From an uncultured Candidatus Saccharibacteria bacterium (lineage in GTDB: Bacteria; Patescibacteriota; Minisyncoccia; Phycocordibacterales; Phycocordibacteraceae), in the NCBI GenBank assembly GCA_964569655.1, contig CAZMTN010000002.1:901-64900 (forward strand): a stretch of DNA of 64,000 nt, in the 5' to 3' direction. The position numbers and the translations under genes are program-made. The number at the start of each line of letters is the position of its first letter. Position 1 is the stretch's first letter. Shown here in pieces: positions 37,726-47,265 of this stretch. The notes beneath the pieces are model-generated. The model did no database searches and had not been told where the DNA came from. It saw only the letters and a program-made list of their open reading frames with translations.

Positions 37726-40142
37726 AGGTATCCTAACTGGCTAAGAGTTTTGTCGAGTTCTCGAGCACTTTTCTCTGCGGTTTTCTTAAGCACGTCGAGT
37801 GAAAGGTGATATTTGTCCCATAATCCTTCGAGCGCCGTTCTTACTTCCTGCTCTTCAGAGGACAGGTAGCGCATGAGTTGGGAGAGAATTCCGTCATGGA
37901 ATTTCTGCAGGATAAGCGTTCGAGCTTCGGCTTCAGTAAAGGAACCCTTCTTCGCCTCTACCTTACGCTCAAGGTCTTCGCCTCTATCTTTCAGAATGCG
38001 CTTTGCATCCTTGAGCTTAGACTCCTTATCCTTAATATCCGCAAGCGCTGTTTCTAGGTTCTTCAATTCCTTTTCAGAAACCTTTGCATCTAGGTAAGCG
38101 AGGTTCGCTATTTGGGTATTGAGGTAGTCCTTTACCGATTTCAACGTCTTGTCTTCTTCGTCGGTATCAACCTCATCAACTAACGTCAGAAGCGCTGCTT
38201 GAATGTTATCTATACTGATTTCTATACTCTCTATCTCGATTAGCTCCTTCTCAAAGAAAGCTTTGCGAATGTATTCGTCTGGAATAAGGCTGGGACTCCA
38301 GCCTACGGTTACGATGGCCTTAAGGTCGTAGCGAACGTCCTCCCACCAGTTCACGAAAACACCAGCCTTCTGGAAGTCATCGAGCGTCTTGATGCCTGAT
38401 AGCGCCTCCTTGAAAGATACAATTTCTTCGCGTCGGAAATCAGCGACATGGTTATTCTTAGGGAACTTCACAACCTTCTTTTGTGCTTCGCTCCACCACT
38501 CATCAAGGGCTTTCTTTGCTTGTCGCTTAACAGTAAGTACCCCTTCAAGCGTTGCCACTAGGTCGCGTATGTCTTTCCTCTCGGTAATATCCGTCTTGAA
38601 CTGAGCGTATTGCTCATCGACATCATTAAAAAAGTCCGAGGCCTTCGCCTTATATTTCTTGAATTGAGGTTCGTGCAGTACTATTTCTCGCTTAGGGATA
38701 CCGCCTTCAAGATGCGCTCTGACATCCTGTATTTCAGGCTCAGGTGAGTTATCGACATAACGGCGTATGTTGAGATTGTATTCATTCTCTTGTATTTCAG
38801 GCAGGTCAACGAGGCGTGAGTAGTTAGGGACCTGAAGCTTGTGTGCGAATACGTGGTCGATTTTTTCTATATCTTCAGGACGGAGGAAGTTCTGGTTCCT
38901 GCTCTCGCCATACTCCGCGTCAGCATTGATGAAAAAGATTTTTCCCTTAGTGTCCTTTGATTTCTGCTTATTGATAACGATGATGCAAGCAGGGATACCG
39001 GTCCCGTAAAAAAGATGCTGCGGTAGAGAGATTATGGCCTCGATGAGGTCGTCGTTCACGATACCTTCGCGAATAGCTTTCTCTACACCACCACGGAAGA
39101 GCACGCCGTGCGGCATGACAGTCGCCATCATTCCATCATCCTTCAAGGAGGCAATCATATGCTGTACGAACATAAGGTCTGCCTTCTTGCCGGTTTCAGG
39201 CGCAAAGCCGTAGCGGAATCGCTGCGGATACTCGAGCGCTGCGCGTGAGTAATTTTGTGAGAATGGTGGGTTCGCTATCACGCGGTCGAACTTCTTTATG
39301 TAGCCACGCTCAACGAATTTCGGAGTCTGGAGGGTGTCTTCGTACTCAACATGAGCAACGTTGATGTTGTGCAGGAACATATTCATCTTGCAGATGGCCC
39401 AGACCGTACCGTTATTGTCCTGACCGTAGAGCGCTATGTTCTTTGAGTTCTGTCCGGTCTCGTCGAGATACTGCTTCGATTGAATGAGCATGCCGCCTGA
39501 ACCGCATGTTGGGTCGTACACGAACATGCCTGACTGCGGCTTCAAGAGACGCACCAAAAGGCGCACAACATGAGCTGGAGTATAGAACTCGCCGCCCTTC
39601 TTTCCTGCGCTGTCCGCGAATTCCTTGATGAGGTATTCGTATGCGGCTCCCAGGAGGTCCGGGAACTCGAAGTCGTCGTTCGTAAGTGGGAGTGTATCGA
39701 AATGATGGATGAGATCGATGAGTTGCGGGTCTTTCACCTTGCGCTTAGTACCGATTTGAGCGAGAAAGTCGATGTGATTCAACACCCCGCTCAGCTCACT
39801 GTTGTGCTTCTCAAGTTCACCAAGAGCCTTGTTCAGTTTGTTTCCAACATCGTCATGCAAGACGCGAATCTTCTCCCATCGCGCACCAGGAGGAATAAAA
39901 AATGTGTCACCGTACTGCGTAGAGTCATCGAGAAGTTCATCGATTTGCGATTCCGATAGCCCTTGCTTGGTCCACTTTCTTCGTATCTCTTCTCGCTCGA
40001 CGTCGAACTGGTCAGAGACACGCTTAAGGAAGAGCATCCCGAAGATATACTCTTTGAATTCCGACGCATCCATCTTGCCGCGCAAAATATCTGCGGCAGC
40101 GAGAAGATGACGTTCTAGATGTTGGAGAGTAATTTTTTGCAT
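37722..40142 (-). CDS. hsdM: Type I R-M N6-adenine DNA methyltransferase subunit (HsdM) with ~300-aa C-terminal coiled-coil extension
   Basis: N-terminal HsdM-N domain, SAM-binding ([11 protein letters not shown]) and catalytic NPPF motif (IANPPFS); 806 aa, well above typical ~500-550 aa. Confidence 0.85.
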   Translation of the reverse strand: MQKITLQHLERHLLAAADILRGKMDASEFKEYIFGMLFLKRVSDQFDVEREEIRRKWTKQGLSESQIDELLDDSTQYGDTFFIPPGARWEKIRVLHDDVGNKLNKALGELEKHNSELSGVLNHIDFLAQIGTKRKVKDPQLIDLIHHFDTLPLTNDDFEFPDLLGAAYEYLIKEFADSAGKKGGEFYTPAHVVRLLVRLLKPQSGMFVYDPTCGSGGMLIQSKQYLDETGQNSKNIALYGQDNNGTVWAICKMNMFLHNINVAHVEYEDTLQTPKFVERGYIKKFDRVIANPPFSQNYSRAALEYPQRFRYGFAPETGKKADLMFVQHMIASLKDDGMMATVMPHGVLFRGGVEKAIREGIVNDDLIEAIISLPQHLFYGTGIPACIIVINKQKSKDTKGKIFFINADAEYGESRNQNFLRPEDIEKIDHVFAHKLQVPNYSRLVDLPEIQENEYNLNIRRYVDNSPEPEIQDVRAHLEGGIPKREIVLHEPQFKKYKAKASDFFNDVDEQYAQFKTDITERKDIRDLVATLEGVLTVKRQAKKALDEWWSEAQKKVVKFPKNNHVADFRREEIVSFKEALSGIKTLDDFQKAGVFVNWWEDVRYDLKAIVTVGWSPSLIPDEYIRKAFFEKELIEIESIEISIDNIQAALLTLVDEVDTDEEDKTLKSVKDYLNTQIANLAYLDAKVSEKELKNLETALADIKDKESKLKDAKRILKDRGEDLERKVEAKKGSFTEAEARTLILQKFHDGILSQLMRYLSSEEQEVRTALEGLWDKYHLSLDVLKKTAEKSARELDKTLSQLGYL

Positions 40143-40228
40143 TTATTTAAAAGTGCATTTCTTGGTTCAAACTTGGAAATCGTCTGGTGAAAATAGGGTT
40201 CGAACCTCTCCAGCCTACTTCATTTAAA

Positions 40229-40258
40229 CGAAGAAAGCACCCATCTGGGTGCTTTCTC
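40229..40258 (-). terminator. hairpin terminator immediately downstream of rplB (AGCACCCA-TCT-GGGTGCT + T-rich on minus strand)
   Basis: 8-bp stem right after rplB stop, where rpsS would normally follow. Confidence 0.45.
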
Positions 40259-40259
40259 T

Positions 40260-41108
40260 CTATCCCTTCTTCCTCTTCCCGACCTTTCGGCGGGACACGA
40301 TGAAGACGTTGGAGTACTTCTTCGGCGTGCGGGTCTTCTGGCCCTTGCCGGTCGGCTTGCCCCACATGGACTTGGCGCGCTTGAGGCCTCGTCCCTGGCG
40401 TCCCTCGCCGCCTCCGTGCGGATGGTCTACCGGGTTCATCGCGGTACCGCGGACGGTAGGGCGGATGCCGAGCCAGCGGCTCCTACCTGCCTTGCCGAGG
40501 TGCACGAGGTTGTATTCCTCGTTGCCTACGGAACCGATGGATGCCCAGCAGAGGTCCGATACGCGGCGGATCTCGGTCGAAGGAAGCTTCACCTGCGCAT
40601 AGCCTGCGTCATGGGCGACGACCTCGGCGTAGTTGCCGGCGGAGCGAGCCAAAATCGCACCTGCTCCTGGCTTGAGCTCGATGCCGTAGATGAAGGTACC
40701 TACCGGGATCTTGCCGAGCGGCATGCGGTTGCCGAGCTTGATCGGCGCGTCCTCAGCCACCATGAACGTGTCGCCTACCTTCATGCCCTTAGGCGCGATG
40801 ACGTAGCGGCGGGCGCCGTCCGCGTAGAGGGTGCGGGCGATGAACGCCGAGCGGAACGGATCGTACTCGATGGTCTCCACCTTAGCCGGGATGCCCTTCT
40901 TGTTGTATGCGAAATCGATATCGCGGAGCTTCTGCTTGTGCCCGCCGCCCTGGTGGCGGGTGGTGATGCGGCCGAAGCCGTTGCGGCCCGCCTGGACCTT
41001 CTTGCCCTTCATGAGCTGCTTCATCGGGCGGTCGCCGGAAAGAAGCTCACGGTACGGGAGCGTGGTCATGTTGCGGCGGCTTGGCGATGTTGGGCGGTAG
41101 GATTTCAT
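40260..41108 (-). CDS. rplB: 50S ribosomal protein L2
   Basis: conserved L2 (SGDRPMKQLMKGKK...HGGGEGRQ...); 282 aa. Confidence 0.95.
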   Translation of the reverse strand: MKSYRPTSPSRRNMTTLPYRELLSGDRPMKQLMKGKKVQAGRNGFGRITTRHQGGGHKQKLRDIDFAYNKKGIPAKVETIEYDPFRSAFIARTLYADGARRYVIAPKGMKVGDTFMVAEDAPIKLGNRMPLGKIPVGTFIYGIELKPGAGAILARSAGNYAEVVAHDAGYAQVKLPSTEIRRVSDLCWASIGSVGNEEYNLVHLGKAGRSRWLGIRPTVRGTAMNPVDHPHGGGEGRQGRGLKRAKSMWGKPTGKGQKTRTPKKYSNVFIVSRRKVGKRKKG

Positions 41109-41115
41109 ATGTAGT

Positions 41116-41475
41116 TTATGCGAACTGGATGGTGTCCCCCTTCTTGAGGGTGACGTACGCCTTGCGGCGGCCCGACTTCATGCCGAACCCGCGGCGGGTG
41201 CGGAGGTTCACCTTCTTTCCCGGGAGGTTCACCATGCGGACCTGCTTCGGGGAGACCTTGTAGAACTTCTCCACGGCGAGCGCGACGTCGTGCTTGGTGA
41301 CCTCAGGCCCCACCTCGAAGGTGTATACGCCCTTCTCGGTAGCGATGAGCGCCTTCTCGGAGAGCCATGGGCCCTTGAGGATGGTAGAGAGCTTGCCGCT
41401 CGCGTCAGCGATCTTAGCCTTGGGAGCGAATCCCTTGGTGCGCGTCTTCTGCTTCTTGGTTCGGAAGATAGACAT
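41116..41475 (-). CDS. rplW: 50S ribosomal protein L23 (with basic N-terminal extension)
   Basis: conserved L23 core (ILKGPWLSEKALIATEKGVYTFEV...) between rplD and rplB. Confidence 0.85.
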   Translation of the reverse strand: MSIFRTKKQKTRTKGFAPKAKIADASGKLSTILKGPWLSEKALIATEKGVYTFEVGPEVTKHDVALAVEKFYKVSPKQVRMVNLPGKKVNLRTRRGFGMKSGRRKAYVTLKKGDTIQFA

Positions 41476-41481
41476 AGAGGT

Positions 41482-42243
41482 TTAGCCGAGGCGGGTGGTG
41501 AGGAGCTCGATAGCCTTCGCCGGGTTCTCGATGACGAGGTAGCGGCTGGTCATCACGTCGACCGGGTTGATGTTGCGGATCTCCTCGATCGCGAGGTTCC
41601 CGATGTTGCGGAAGCTCTTCTTCATAGCCTCCGTAGGCTCGGCGAATACCACGAGGCCGGCGTTGCGGGCCTTGGTGATGAGGGAGCCGGCTCCCGCAGC
41701 CTTCGAGACGGCGCGGAGCATGGTCACCGCGTCCTTGGTCTTCGGTGCCGAGTACCCGAGCTTCTCGATGAAGATGATCTCGCCGTCCTTCGCCTTCTTG
41801 GAAAGCACGGCAACGAGGGCTGCCTTGCGCATCTTCTTGTTGAGCTTCACGGTGTAGTCGCGTTCTGCGCGCGGACCATGGGTCACGCCGCCGCCCTTCC
41901 AGATCGGAGAACGGGAAGAACCATGGCGAGCGCGGCCGGTACCCTTCTGCTTCCACGGCTTCTTACCGCCACCGCGTACTTCGCCGCGATGCTTGGTGTT
42001 CGCCGTTACCGGGCGGGCGTTAGCCTGCATGCCGGTAACGACCTGGTGCACGAGGTCCGCGTTCCAGCGAGCGGCGAAGATCGCATCCGGGAGCGCGATG
42101 ACGCCAGCCGAGGTGCCGTCCGCCTTGTACACCGGCAGCTCTCCCACCTTGCCGGTGAGGACCTTCTGCTGCGCCTTAGGCGTGGTAGCGGCCTTGGGAG
42201 CGCGCTTGTTGCCGGTAGCCTTCTTAGTCTTGGTAGTAGCCAT
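41482..42243 (-). CDS. rplD: 50S ribosomal protein L4
   Basis: conserved L4; 253 aa. Confidence 0.9.
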   Translation of the reverse strand: MATTKTKKATGNKRAPKAATTPKAQQKVLTGKVGELPVYKADGTSAGVIALPDAIFAARWNADLVHQVVTGMQANARPVTANTKHRGEVRGGGKKPWKQKGTGRARHGSSRSPIWKGGGVTHGPRAERDYTVKLNKKMRKAALVAVLSKKAKDGEIIFIEKLGYSAPKTKDAVTMLRAVSKAAGAGSLITKARNAGLVVFAEPTEAMKKSFRNIGNLAIEEIRNINPVDVMTSRYLVIENPAKAIELLTTRLG

Positions 42244-42253
42244 ACGAAAATGA

Positions 42254-42862
42254 TTATGCGGAGACGATCTCGACCAGCGAGCCGCGGGCTCCCGGGATAG
42301 CCCCGGAAACGATGATCTGATCCCCGTCGACGGCGAGGATGCGGAGGTTCTTCACGGTGACGCGGTCCGAGCCCATGCGCCCGCCCATGCGCATGCCCTT
42401 GGCCACGCGTCCGCCGGCGCGTCCGCCGGAGCCGCCGATGGAGCCCGGCTCGCGCTCCGAGTGCTTCTGGCCGTGCGAGCGCGGGCCTCCCTTGAAGTTG
42501 TAGCGCTTCACGACGCCCGCGAAGCCCTTGCCCTTCGAGGTGCCGGATACGGCGACCTCATCGCCTACCGCGAAGATGTCCGCCTTGATCTCTCCCCCTA
42601 CGGTGAAGTCTCCCGCGGTGCGGAACTCCTTGATGGCCTTGTATGCCTTGCCCTTCCCGTGGCCGAGGACGGCCTTCGAGACGGTAGACGCGCGGCGGGT
42701 GCCCTCGGCCACCTGGACAGCCTCGTAGCCATCCTTGGTGTCCTTGGTCTTCACCTGGGTGACGACCACAGGCGCAGCCTTAAGGAGGGTGCCGGCGATA
42801 GCCACACCGTCCTCGGTGAATACCTGGGTCATGCGCTCTTTGCGAGCAAGGATGAATTTCAT
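42254..42862 (-). CDS. rplC: 50S ribosomal protein L3
   Basis: start at internal ATG MKFILARKERMTQVFTEDG...; conserved L3 C-terminal half; rpsJ is not adjacent. Confidence 0.9.
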   Translation of the reverse strand: MKFILARKERMTQVFTEDGVAIAGTLLKAAPVVVTQVKTKDTKDGYEAVQVAEGTRRASTVSKAVLGHGKGKAYKAIKEFRTAGDFTVGGEIKADIFAVGDEVAVSGTSKGKGFAGVVKRYNFKGGPRSHGQKHSEREPGSIGGSGGRAGGRVAKGMRMGGRMGSDRVTVKNLRILAVDGDQIIVSGAIPGARGSLVEIVSA

Positions 42863-42946
42863 GAAAAAAATTAGCGCCACGAGGGGCGCGAGGGCCGAAG
42901 CCCCTTGCACCTTGGTCCGGCCGTCAGCCGTACTTGTGACCTAGGG

Positions 42947-42975
42947 ACTATACAGGGGTCTCCCTGAAGATGCAA
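42947..42975 (-). promoter_or_regulatory. sigma70-like promoter TTGCAT-17-TATAGT upstream of rplC, followed by ~85-nt GC-rich structured leader
   Basis: strong hexamers with 17-nt spacer on minus strand; leader contains short hairpins (GGGGCTTCGGCCC, GCGCC...GGCGC) before rplC ATG; preceded by terminator hairpin GCCCGGC...GCCGGGC (42990-43025). Confidence 0.45.
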
Positions 42976-43026
42976 GAAAAGGTAACGCCCGGCCTCCAAG
43001 AAGGAAGCCGGGCGCAGTTTGCAGTT

Positions 43027-43860
43027 TTAGCGACGCCTCTTTGCCGGTTTCGCCTCAGTGACGAAGCCGTACACAGGCCAGCTGGCGACGATCACGGTGA
43101 GCACCACCGGGAGAGCCGGGCTGACATCCCAGATCTGCCCCAGGCCGAGCGAAACCCGCAAGAGGTTGAGCTGGGCGAGGAAGACCGCGCCGGCGATCAG
43201 TGACGAGAGGATGCGGACCAGGTTCCCCCGGACACGCTCCGCCACGCGGCTGAGCAGGAAATTCGAGGCCAGGAAGGAAATCCCGGCATCGATCCCAACG
43301 ACAACGCAGACCAACGCCGCGAGCTGCGGGTCCTGCAGGAGGGCTGACGCGTAGTCATCCCCCATGAAGGAGGCCAGCACGATGTGCAGCATGCCCGCGA
43401 TGAGCACGAGGAACATCGCTCGCCGTGCCAAAAGGCTCGAGGGCTGATACCCGGCAGGAGGCTTGATGGCCTCGAACACGAGCATGCCCACGCCCACCGC
43501 GAAGACCATGGAGATCACCTGAGTGACCATATAGCCCGCGACGAAGTCGAAGGGCATGGGCGTCTTCTTGTTGACCAGGAAGACCACCACGCCTTTCACC
43601 AGAAGTTCGGTGAGGCCGGCGACCCCGCTGGCGACGCCAGCGCGCGCCCACACGGGCCCCTTGTAAAGGCTGCCAATGAGGTAGCCGTTACTGCAGACGA
43701 ACCAGGCGCCGAGGAAGAGAGGGGCGAGCAGCATCGGCTGCCTCCCCACCGTTCCCACAGAGACCGGGTCGAGAAACATCACCAGGATGCAGAACAGCGT
43801 GGTCATGATGACGCCCGCGACCAGCGACCGTAAGATGTAATCGGTTTTCTCGTTGCCCAT
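43027..43860 (-). CDS. polytopic integral membrane protein (~8 TM), function unknown
   Basis: hydrophobic helices throughout; no transporter signature recognized. Confidence 0.5.
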   Translation of the reverse strand: MGNEKTDYILRSLVAGVIMTTLFCILVMFLDPVSVGTVGRQPMLLAPLFLGAWFVCSNGYLIGSLYKGPVWARAGVASGVAGLTELLVKGVVVFLVNKKTPMPFDFVAGYMVTQVISMVFAVGVGMLVFEAIKPPAGYQPSSLLARRAMFLVLIAGMLHIVLASFMGDDYASALLQDPQLAALVCVVVGIDAGISFLASNFLLSRVAERVRGNLVRILSSLIAGAVFLAQLNLLRVSLGLGQIWDVSPALPVVLTVIVASWPVYGFVTEAKPAKRRR

Positions 43861-43973
43861 CAGTTTTCTCCCTTCGATGGAATGTAATTGGAACTAACCG
43901 TGTACTATTTTAGCACATGAATCTGGTATGTCAAATATGCAAAGAGCCGCCCTCGTAGAGCGGCTCTTCCCTT

Positions 43974-44192
43974 CTATCTTCGCCTTCTAGGATACCCGGT
44001 ATCCGGAGGATCGAGGTGGGCGCAGGTATCGCATGCGATAGCGCCTCCGAGGAGTTCCACCAGATCCCTCTTCTCGTAGATGTAGCAGCCCTTGATGCTG
44101 CACACCGCGATCGGCGACGGCAGTGCCGGCGGCGCGAACGTCGGATCCCGATCCATCTGGCGAAGCACGTCCTCTCTCTTGAATCCGCCCAT
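43974..44192 (-). CDS. small Cys-containing protein (72 aa; CxxxxxC...CxxC, possible zinc ribbon)
   Basis: internal ATG with AAAGGAG SD; MGGFKREDVLRQMDRDPTFAPPALPSPIAVCSIKGCYIYEKRDLVELLGGAIACDTCAHLD. Confidence 0.4.
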   Translation of the reverse strand: MGGFKREDVLRQMDRDPTFAPPALPSPIAVCSIKGCYIYEKRDLVELLGGAIACDTCAHLDPPDTGYPRRRR

Positions 44193-44284
44193 GGGAACTC
44201 CTTTCTGCCGAGACGATAGCACGGGACGCATGGTATGCACGTGAAAAGCCGCGAGCAAGGGATGCCCGCGGCTTTCTTCGATGC

Positions 44285-44653
44285 TCACGAGAGGGTTGGG
44301 GTGATATCCATGCCCAGGAGCTCCTGTCGGAACGTCCTCCGCAGGTGACCATACTCCCGCATGAGAGCGCGTCCATTCCACGCCTGGGCTTGTGCCTCGG
44401 TAAGCTGGAGCGACCTTTTGCATTTCGTCTTCAAGCGCAATGCCCTCAGCTTCAGCGACTCGTAGTACCAGATGCGCCGCCGGATAGAGCGATCGATTGC
44501 ATCGTATTCGCTCCTATTCACCAATTGGCTCTCCAGGTCCTGGACATGCTTGTCCACCTTATCCAGGATCTCGTTCGCGATCGCGAGCTTGTAGCGGCGC
44601 GAGTCGGTCAGCCGTGCGTTGATGGCGTCACGCCACCGTTTGAGGAATGACAT
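44285..44653 (-). CDS. hypothetical basic protein (122 aa)
   Basis: ATG with AGGAG SD; no family. Confidence 0.4.
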   Translation of the reverse strand: MSFLKRWRDAINARLTDSRRYKLAIANEILDKVDKHVQDLESQLVNRSEYDAIDRSIRRRIWYYESLKLRALRLKTKCKRSLQLTEAQAQAWNGRALMREYGHLRRTFRQELLGMDITPTLS

Positions 44654-44735
44654 GCTGTTCTCCTGTACTTGCCTGGCGGGGACTATAGCACAAAAGCCGC
44701 GGAGTATTTCATCCGCGGCCTTCTACGTAGTTCGC

Positions 44736-44927
44736 CTAGTGCGTGAGCAAGAAAAGATTATGTCTGGCCTCGGCCTCGACGCTGTTGTTGTGTTCGCACA
44801 TCTCGACGTTGAGGTTCGGGTTCGCCCGGTCTCGCTCGACCTCTTTGAGAAGACCTTCCTCGATGGAGATCAGGTCCTTCATCGTCTTGCGCGCAGGGGC
44901 ACTGAATAGTCCGCTGAAAATACTCAT
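44736..44927 (-). CDS. hypothetical small protein (63 aa)
   Basis: internal ATG with strong SD GAGGAGG; no family. Confidence 0.35.
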   Translation of the reverse strand: MSIFSGLFSAPARKTMKDLISIEEGLLKEVERDRANPNLNVEMCEHNNSVEAEARHNLFLLTH

Positions 44928-45006
44928 GGGCACCTCCTCTGCGCAGGATGGTATCACGGAAAAAGGGCCGGCAATCGCTTGCCGGCCCTGGTCTGTGTCT
45001 AACCTG

Positions 45007-45510
45007 CTAAAGATCGAGCGCCCAGAGAATCTCCGCGAACGGATTCGGGAATAGCCGCAGCAGCTTAGTCACCTGCTGGCGGTTGAGGTCGCCCATCGAG
45101 AGCAGGAACGCGTACGCGAAGATCTCGTCCGCCTGCTCGGGAAGCCCGGAGAGCGACACGATGAGCTTATCGCCCCGGACCGCGCCTCCGTACTTCTCGT
45201 TGCCGTTCTCGACGTCCCGGCTCTGCCAGCTGAGCGAATGCTCCGGATGGGCGATCAAGCGTTCCACTTTCTCGCGGCAGAACTCCGCCTGCTTCATCGC
45301 CTTCTCCGGATTCGGCGTGCCGACCGGATAGGTATGAGGCCCGGTGAGATCATTAGCGATCGCGAGGCAGAAATAGCCGCCGGTGCGGGCCTTCTTGGCG
45401 CAATCATCCGCGAGGAGCGGGTGCTGCACCATCCCGGAGAAAATCATCCCGGCTAGTTTGATGAGTGACGCTGAACCCGACAAATCTCCTCTTCTCGAAC
45501 ATGCAGGCAT
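45007..45510 (-). CDS. hypothetical protein (167 aa)
   Basis: ORF co-directional with rpsJ; no family recognized. Confidence 0.4.
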   Translation of the reverse strand: MPACSRRGDLSGSASLIKLAGMIFSGMVQHPLLADDCAKKARTGGYFCLAIANDLTGPHTYPVGTPNPEKAMKQAEFCREKVERLIAHPEHSLSWQSRDVENGNEKYGGAVRGDKLIVSLSGLPEQADEIFAYAFLLSMGDLNRQQVTKLLRLFPNPFAEILWALDL

Positions 45511-45570
45511 CTGTGTATCCCTTGTACTGGTTTCCTGCGCGGATTACAGCACGGGCGGGCATATAACGCA

Positions 45571-45603
45571 AAAAGCCGCCCTCTCGGGCGGCTTTTGCTT
45601 TTC
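45571..45603. terminator. intrinsic terminator AAAAAGCCGCCC-TCTC-GGGCGGCTTTTGCTTTTCG (recurrent family)
   Basis: just downstream of rpsJ stop on minus strand. Confidence 0.6.
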
Positions 45604-45613
45604 GTGAGTCTGG

Positions 45614-45982
45614 TTAGACCATCTTCACGTCGATCGTGACTCCGGACGGGAGGTTGAGGTTCGTGAGAGCCTCGATCACCTTCGCGTTCGGGGACATGAT
45701 GTCGATCACGCGCTTGTGGATGCGCATCTCGAACTGCTCGCGGGCATCCTTGTGGACGAACGTCGAGCGGTTCACGGTCCAGCGCTTGATCTCCGTCGGG
45801 AGCGGGATCGGGCCTACCACCTTCGCGTCGAAGCGAGCGGCGGTGTCCATGATCTGCTTCACCGACATGTCGAGAATCTTGTGCTCGTACGCACGGACGC
45901 GGATGCGAAGCTTGGGGTCAACGGCAGGACCGGCCGCAGTGGCCTTCTTTGAGGTCTTCTTGGTCTTGGTTGCCGTTGTCAT
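45614..45982 (-). CDS. rpsJ: 30S ribosomal protein S10 (with ~20-aa Lys/Thr-rich N-terminal extension)
   Basis: conserved S10 (RIRVRAYEHKILDMSVKQIMDTAARFDAKVVGPIPLPTEIKRWTVNRSTFVHKDAREQFEMRIHKRVIDI). Confidence 0.85.
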   Translation of the reverse strand: MTTATKTKKTSKKATAAGPAVDPKLRIRVRAYEHKILDMSVKQIMDTAARFDAKVVGPIPLPTEIKRWTVNRSTFVHKDAREQFEMRIHKRVIDIMSPNAKVIEALTNLNLPSGVTIDVKMV

Positions 45983-46070
45983 AGAACGTACCCAGGAGTA
46001 TGCACTAAAGCCTTGAGGAATGCAATATCCGCGCTATAGTCTCGATGGATCAGCAACGAGGAGGGACCCG

Positions 46071-46496
46071 ATGATTCCGTACCTGATCGGCGCTCTCATC
46101 CTGGGGGCGCTATGTATCGCATGGAGGTTCTTGAAGCCGTCCATAGCCGTAGAGATGCTCGACAATCTGCCGCGCAAGTGGCTCACGCTTACTGACCTGT
46201 ACGACATGGGGTACTCCTATTTCGATTGCGGGCCGAGCCTCATGGCACTCTATGAGTCAAAGCTGCTCCAGGTAGCGGTCCTGCCACCCGGGAAGATCGA
46301 TGTGAAGGATTCATTCTTCGATACGGTGGAAGCGGCGGAGGCCTTCGCGATAGAGGAAGGATTCTGCTACGGGACTATCCGTTTCCACGAATTCCGCATC
46401 CTCGACGACGACTGGACGATCCGGCGCCGGCGGAAGAAAAAGAAGATCGAGTTCAAGCCGATCCTCTTCCCCGGTCTCGTACCGGTGCGCGCATAA
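46071..46496 (+). CDS. hypothetical membrane-anchored protein
   Basis: internal ATG with GAGGAGG SD; N-terminal TM (IPYLIGALILGALCIAW); followed by bidirectional terminator GGCCCCTCAC-G-GTGAGGGGCC (46497-46528). Confidence 0.4.
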   Translation: MIPYLIGALILGALCIAWRFLKPSIAVEMLDNLPRKWLTLTDLYDMGYSYFDCGPSLMALYESKLLQVAVLPPGKIDVKDSFFDTVEAAEAFAIEEGFCYGTIRFHEFRILDDDWTIRRRRKKKKIEFKPILFPGLVPVRA

Positions 46497-46533
46497 AGAA
46501 AAGGCCCCTCACGGTGAGGGGCCTTTTAAATAA

Positions 46534-47121
46534 CTAACCTTTCCTTGGGAGCTCGAATGCCCATAGCTGGTCAGGATCACAGGACGTGTTCAGCATTCCC
46601 CTAGATGGAAGGATGTCGACCGTACTATTGAGCTTTCCAATCAACAGGATCTCGCCGTTGATAGGCTCCATAGCGAAGTAGGTGGCCCTGTCCTCGAGCT
46701 CCTTGAGCTTCAATATGAATGTCCACACCGCGGCGTCGGCGTTGCGAAAGATGTGCAGGCCAAGCTCTTCTGCCCGCACGTAAACGTGCCGCAGCTTGAC
46801 TACATCGTCAAACCCCAGCTGTCGCGCCGTAAGCAGAACGACGTCGTAGGTATGCGGTTCGCGCGCGGCATAGTTCTTGAGCACCTCCCGCGTTTCAGGG
46901 TAGAGACCGAACCTCTTCTCGATTTCGCCGAGAACGTCGGGATGTTCCTGCGTTTCGAGCCGGAACGTAGGCTTGAATTTCATGAACGGGAGCGCGAAGG
47001 GATTCTGGCGGCGCAACGTGCGCCGCAGTATTTCTGCCCATTCGTCTCCGTTCTTTCCGGAGAGATTGGACAGGAGATTGGAAAGCAGTCCGCTGACGTC
47101 GCAGAGAGCGATCTTCGACAT
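46534..47121 (-). CDS. hypothetical protein (196 aa)
   Basis: internal ATG (MSKIALCDVSG...) with AAGGA-like SD; sits between tuf and rpsJ. Confidence 0.4.
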   Translation of the reverse strand: MSKIALCDVSGLLSNLLSNLSGKNGDEWAEILRRTLRRQNPFALPFMKFKPTFRLETQEHPDVLGEIEKRFGLYPETREVLKNYAAREPHTYDVVLLTARQLGFDDVVKLRHVYVRAEELGLHIFRNADAAVWTFILKLKELEDRATYFAMEPINGEILLIGKLNSTVDILPSRGMLNTSCDPDQLWAFELPRKG

Positions 47122-47265
47122 GACAAGGTTCCTTTTCTTCCTTGCGCTAGAGGGCCGCCCCAATGGCAGTCATAGCTGAAAGCGATTATATATCGAAAAT
47201 CGAATATGTCAAAAGAGCAAAGCCCCGATTACTCGGGGCTTTGCTGCTTTCGAAACGGCTTTGGC

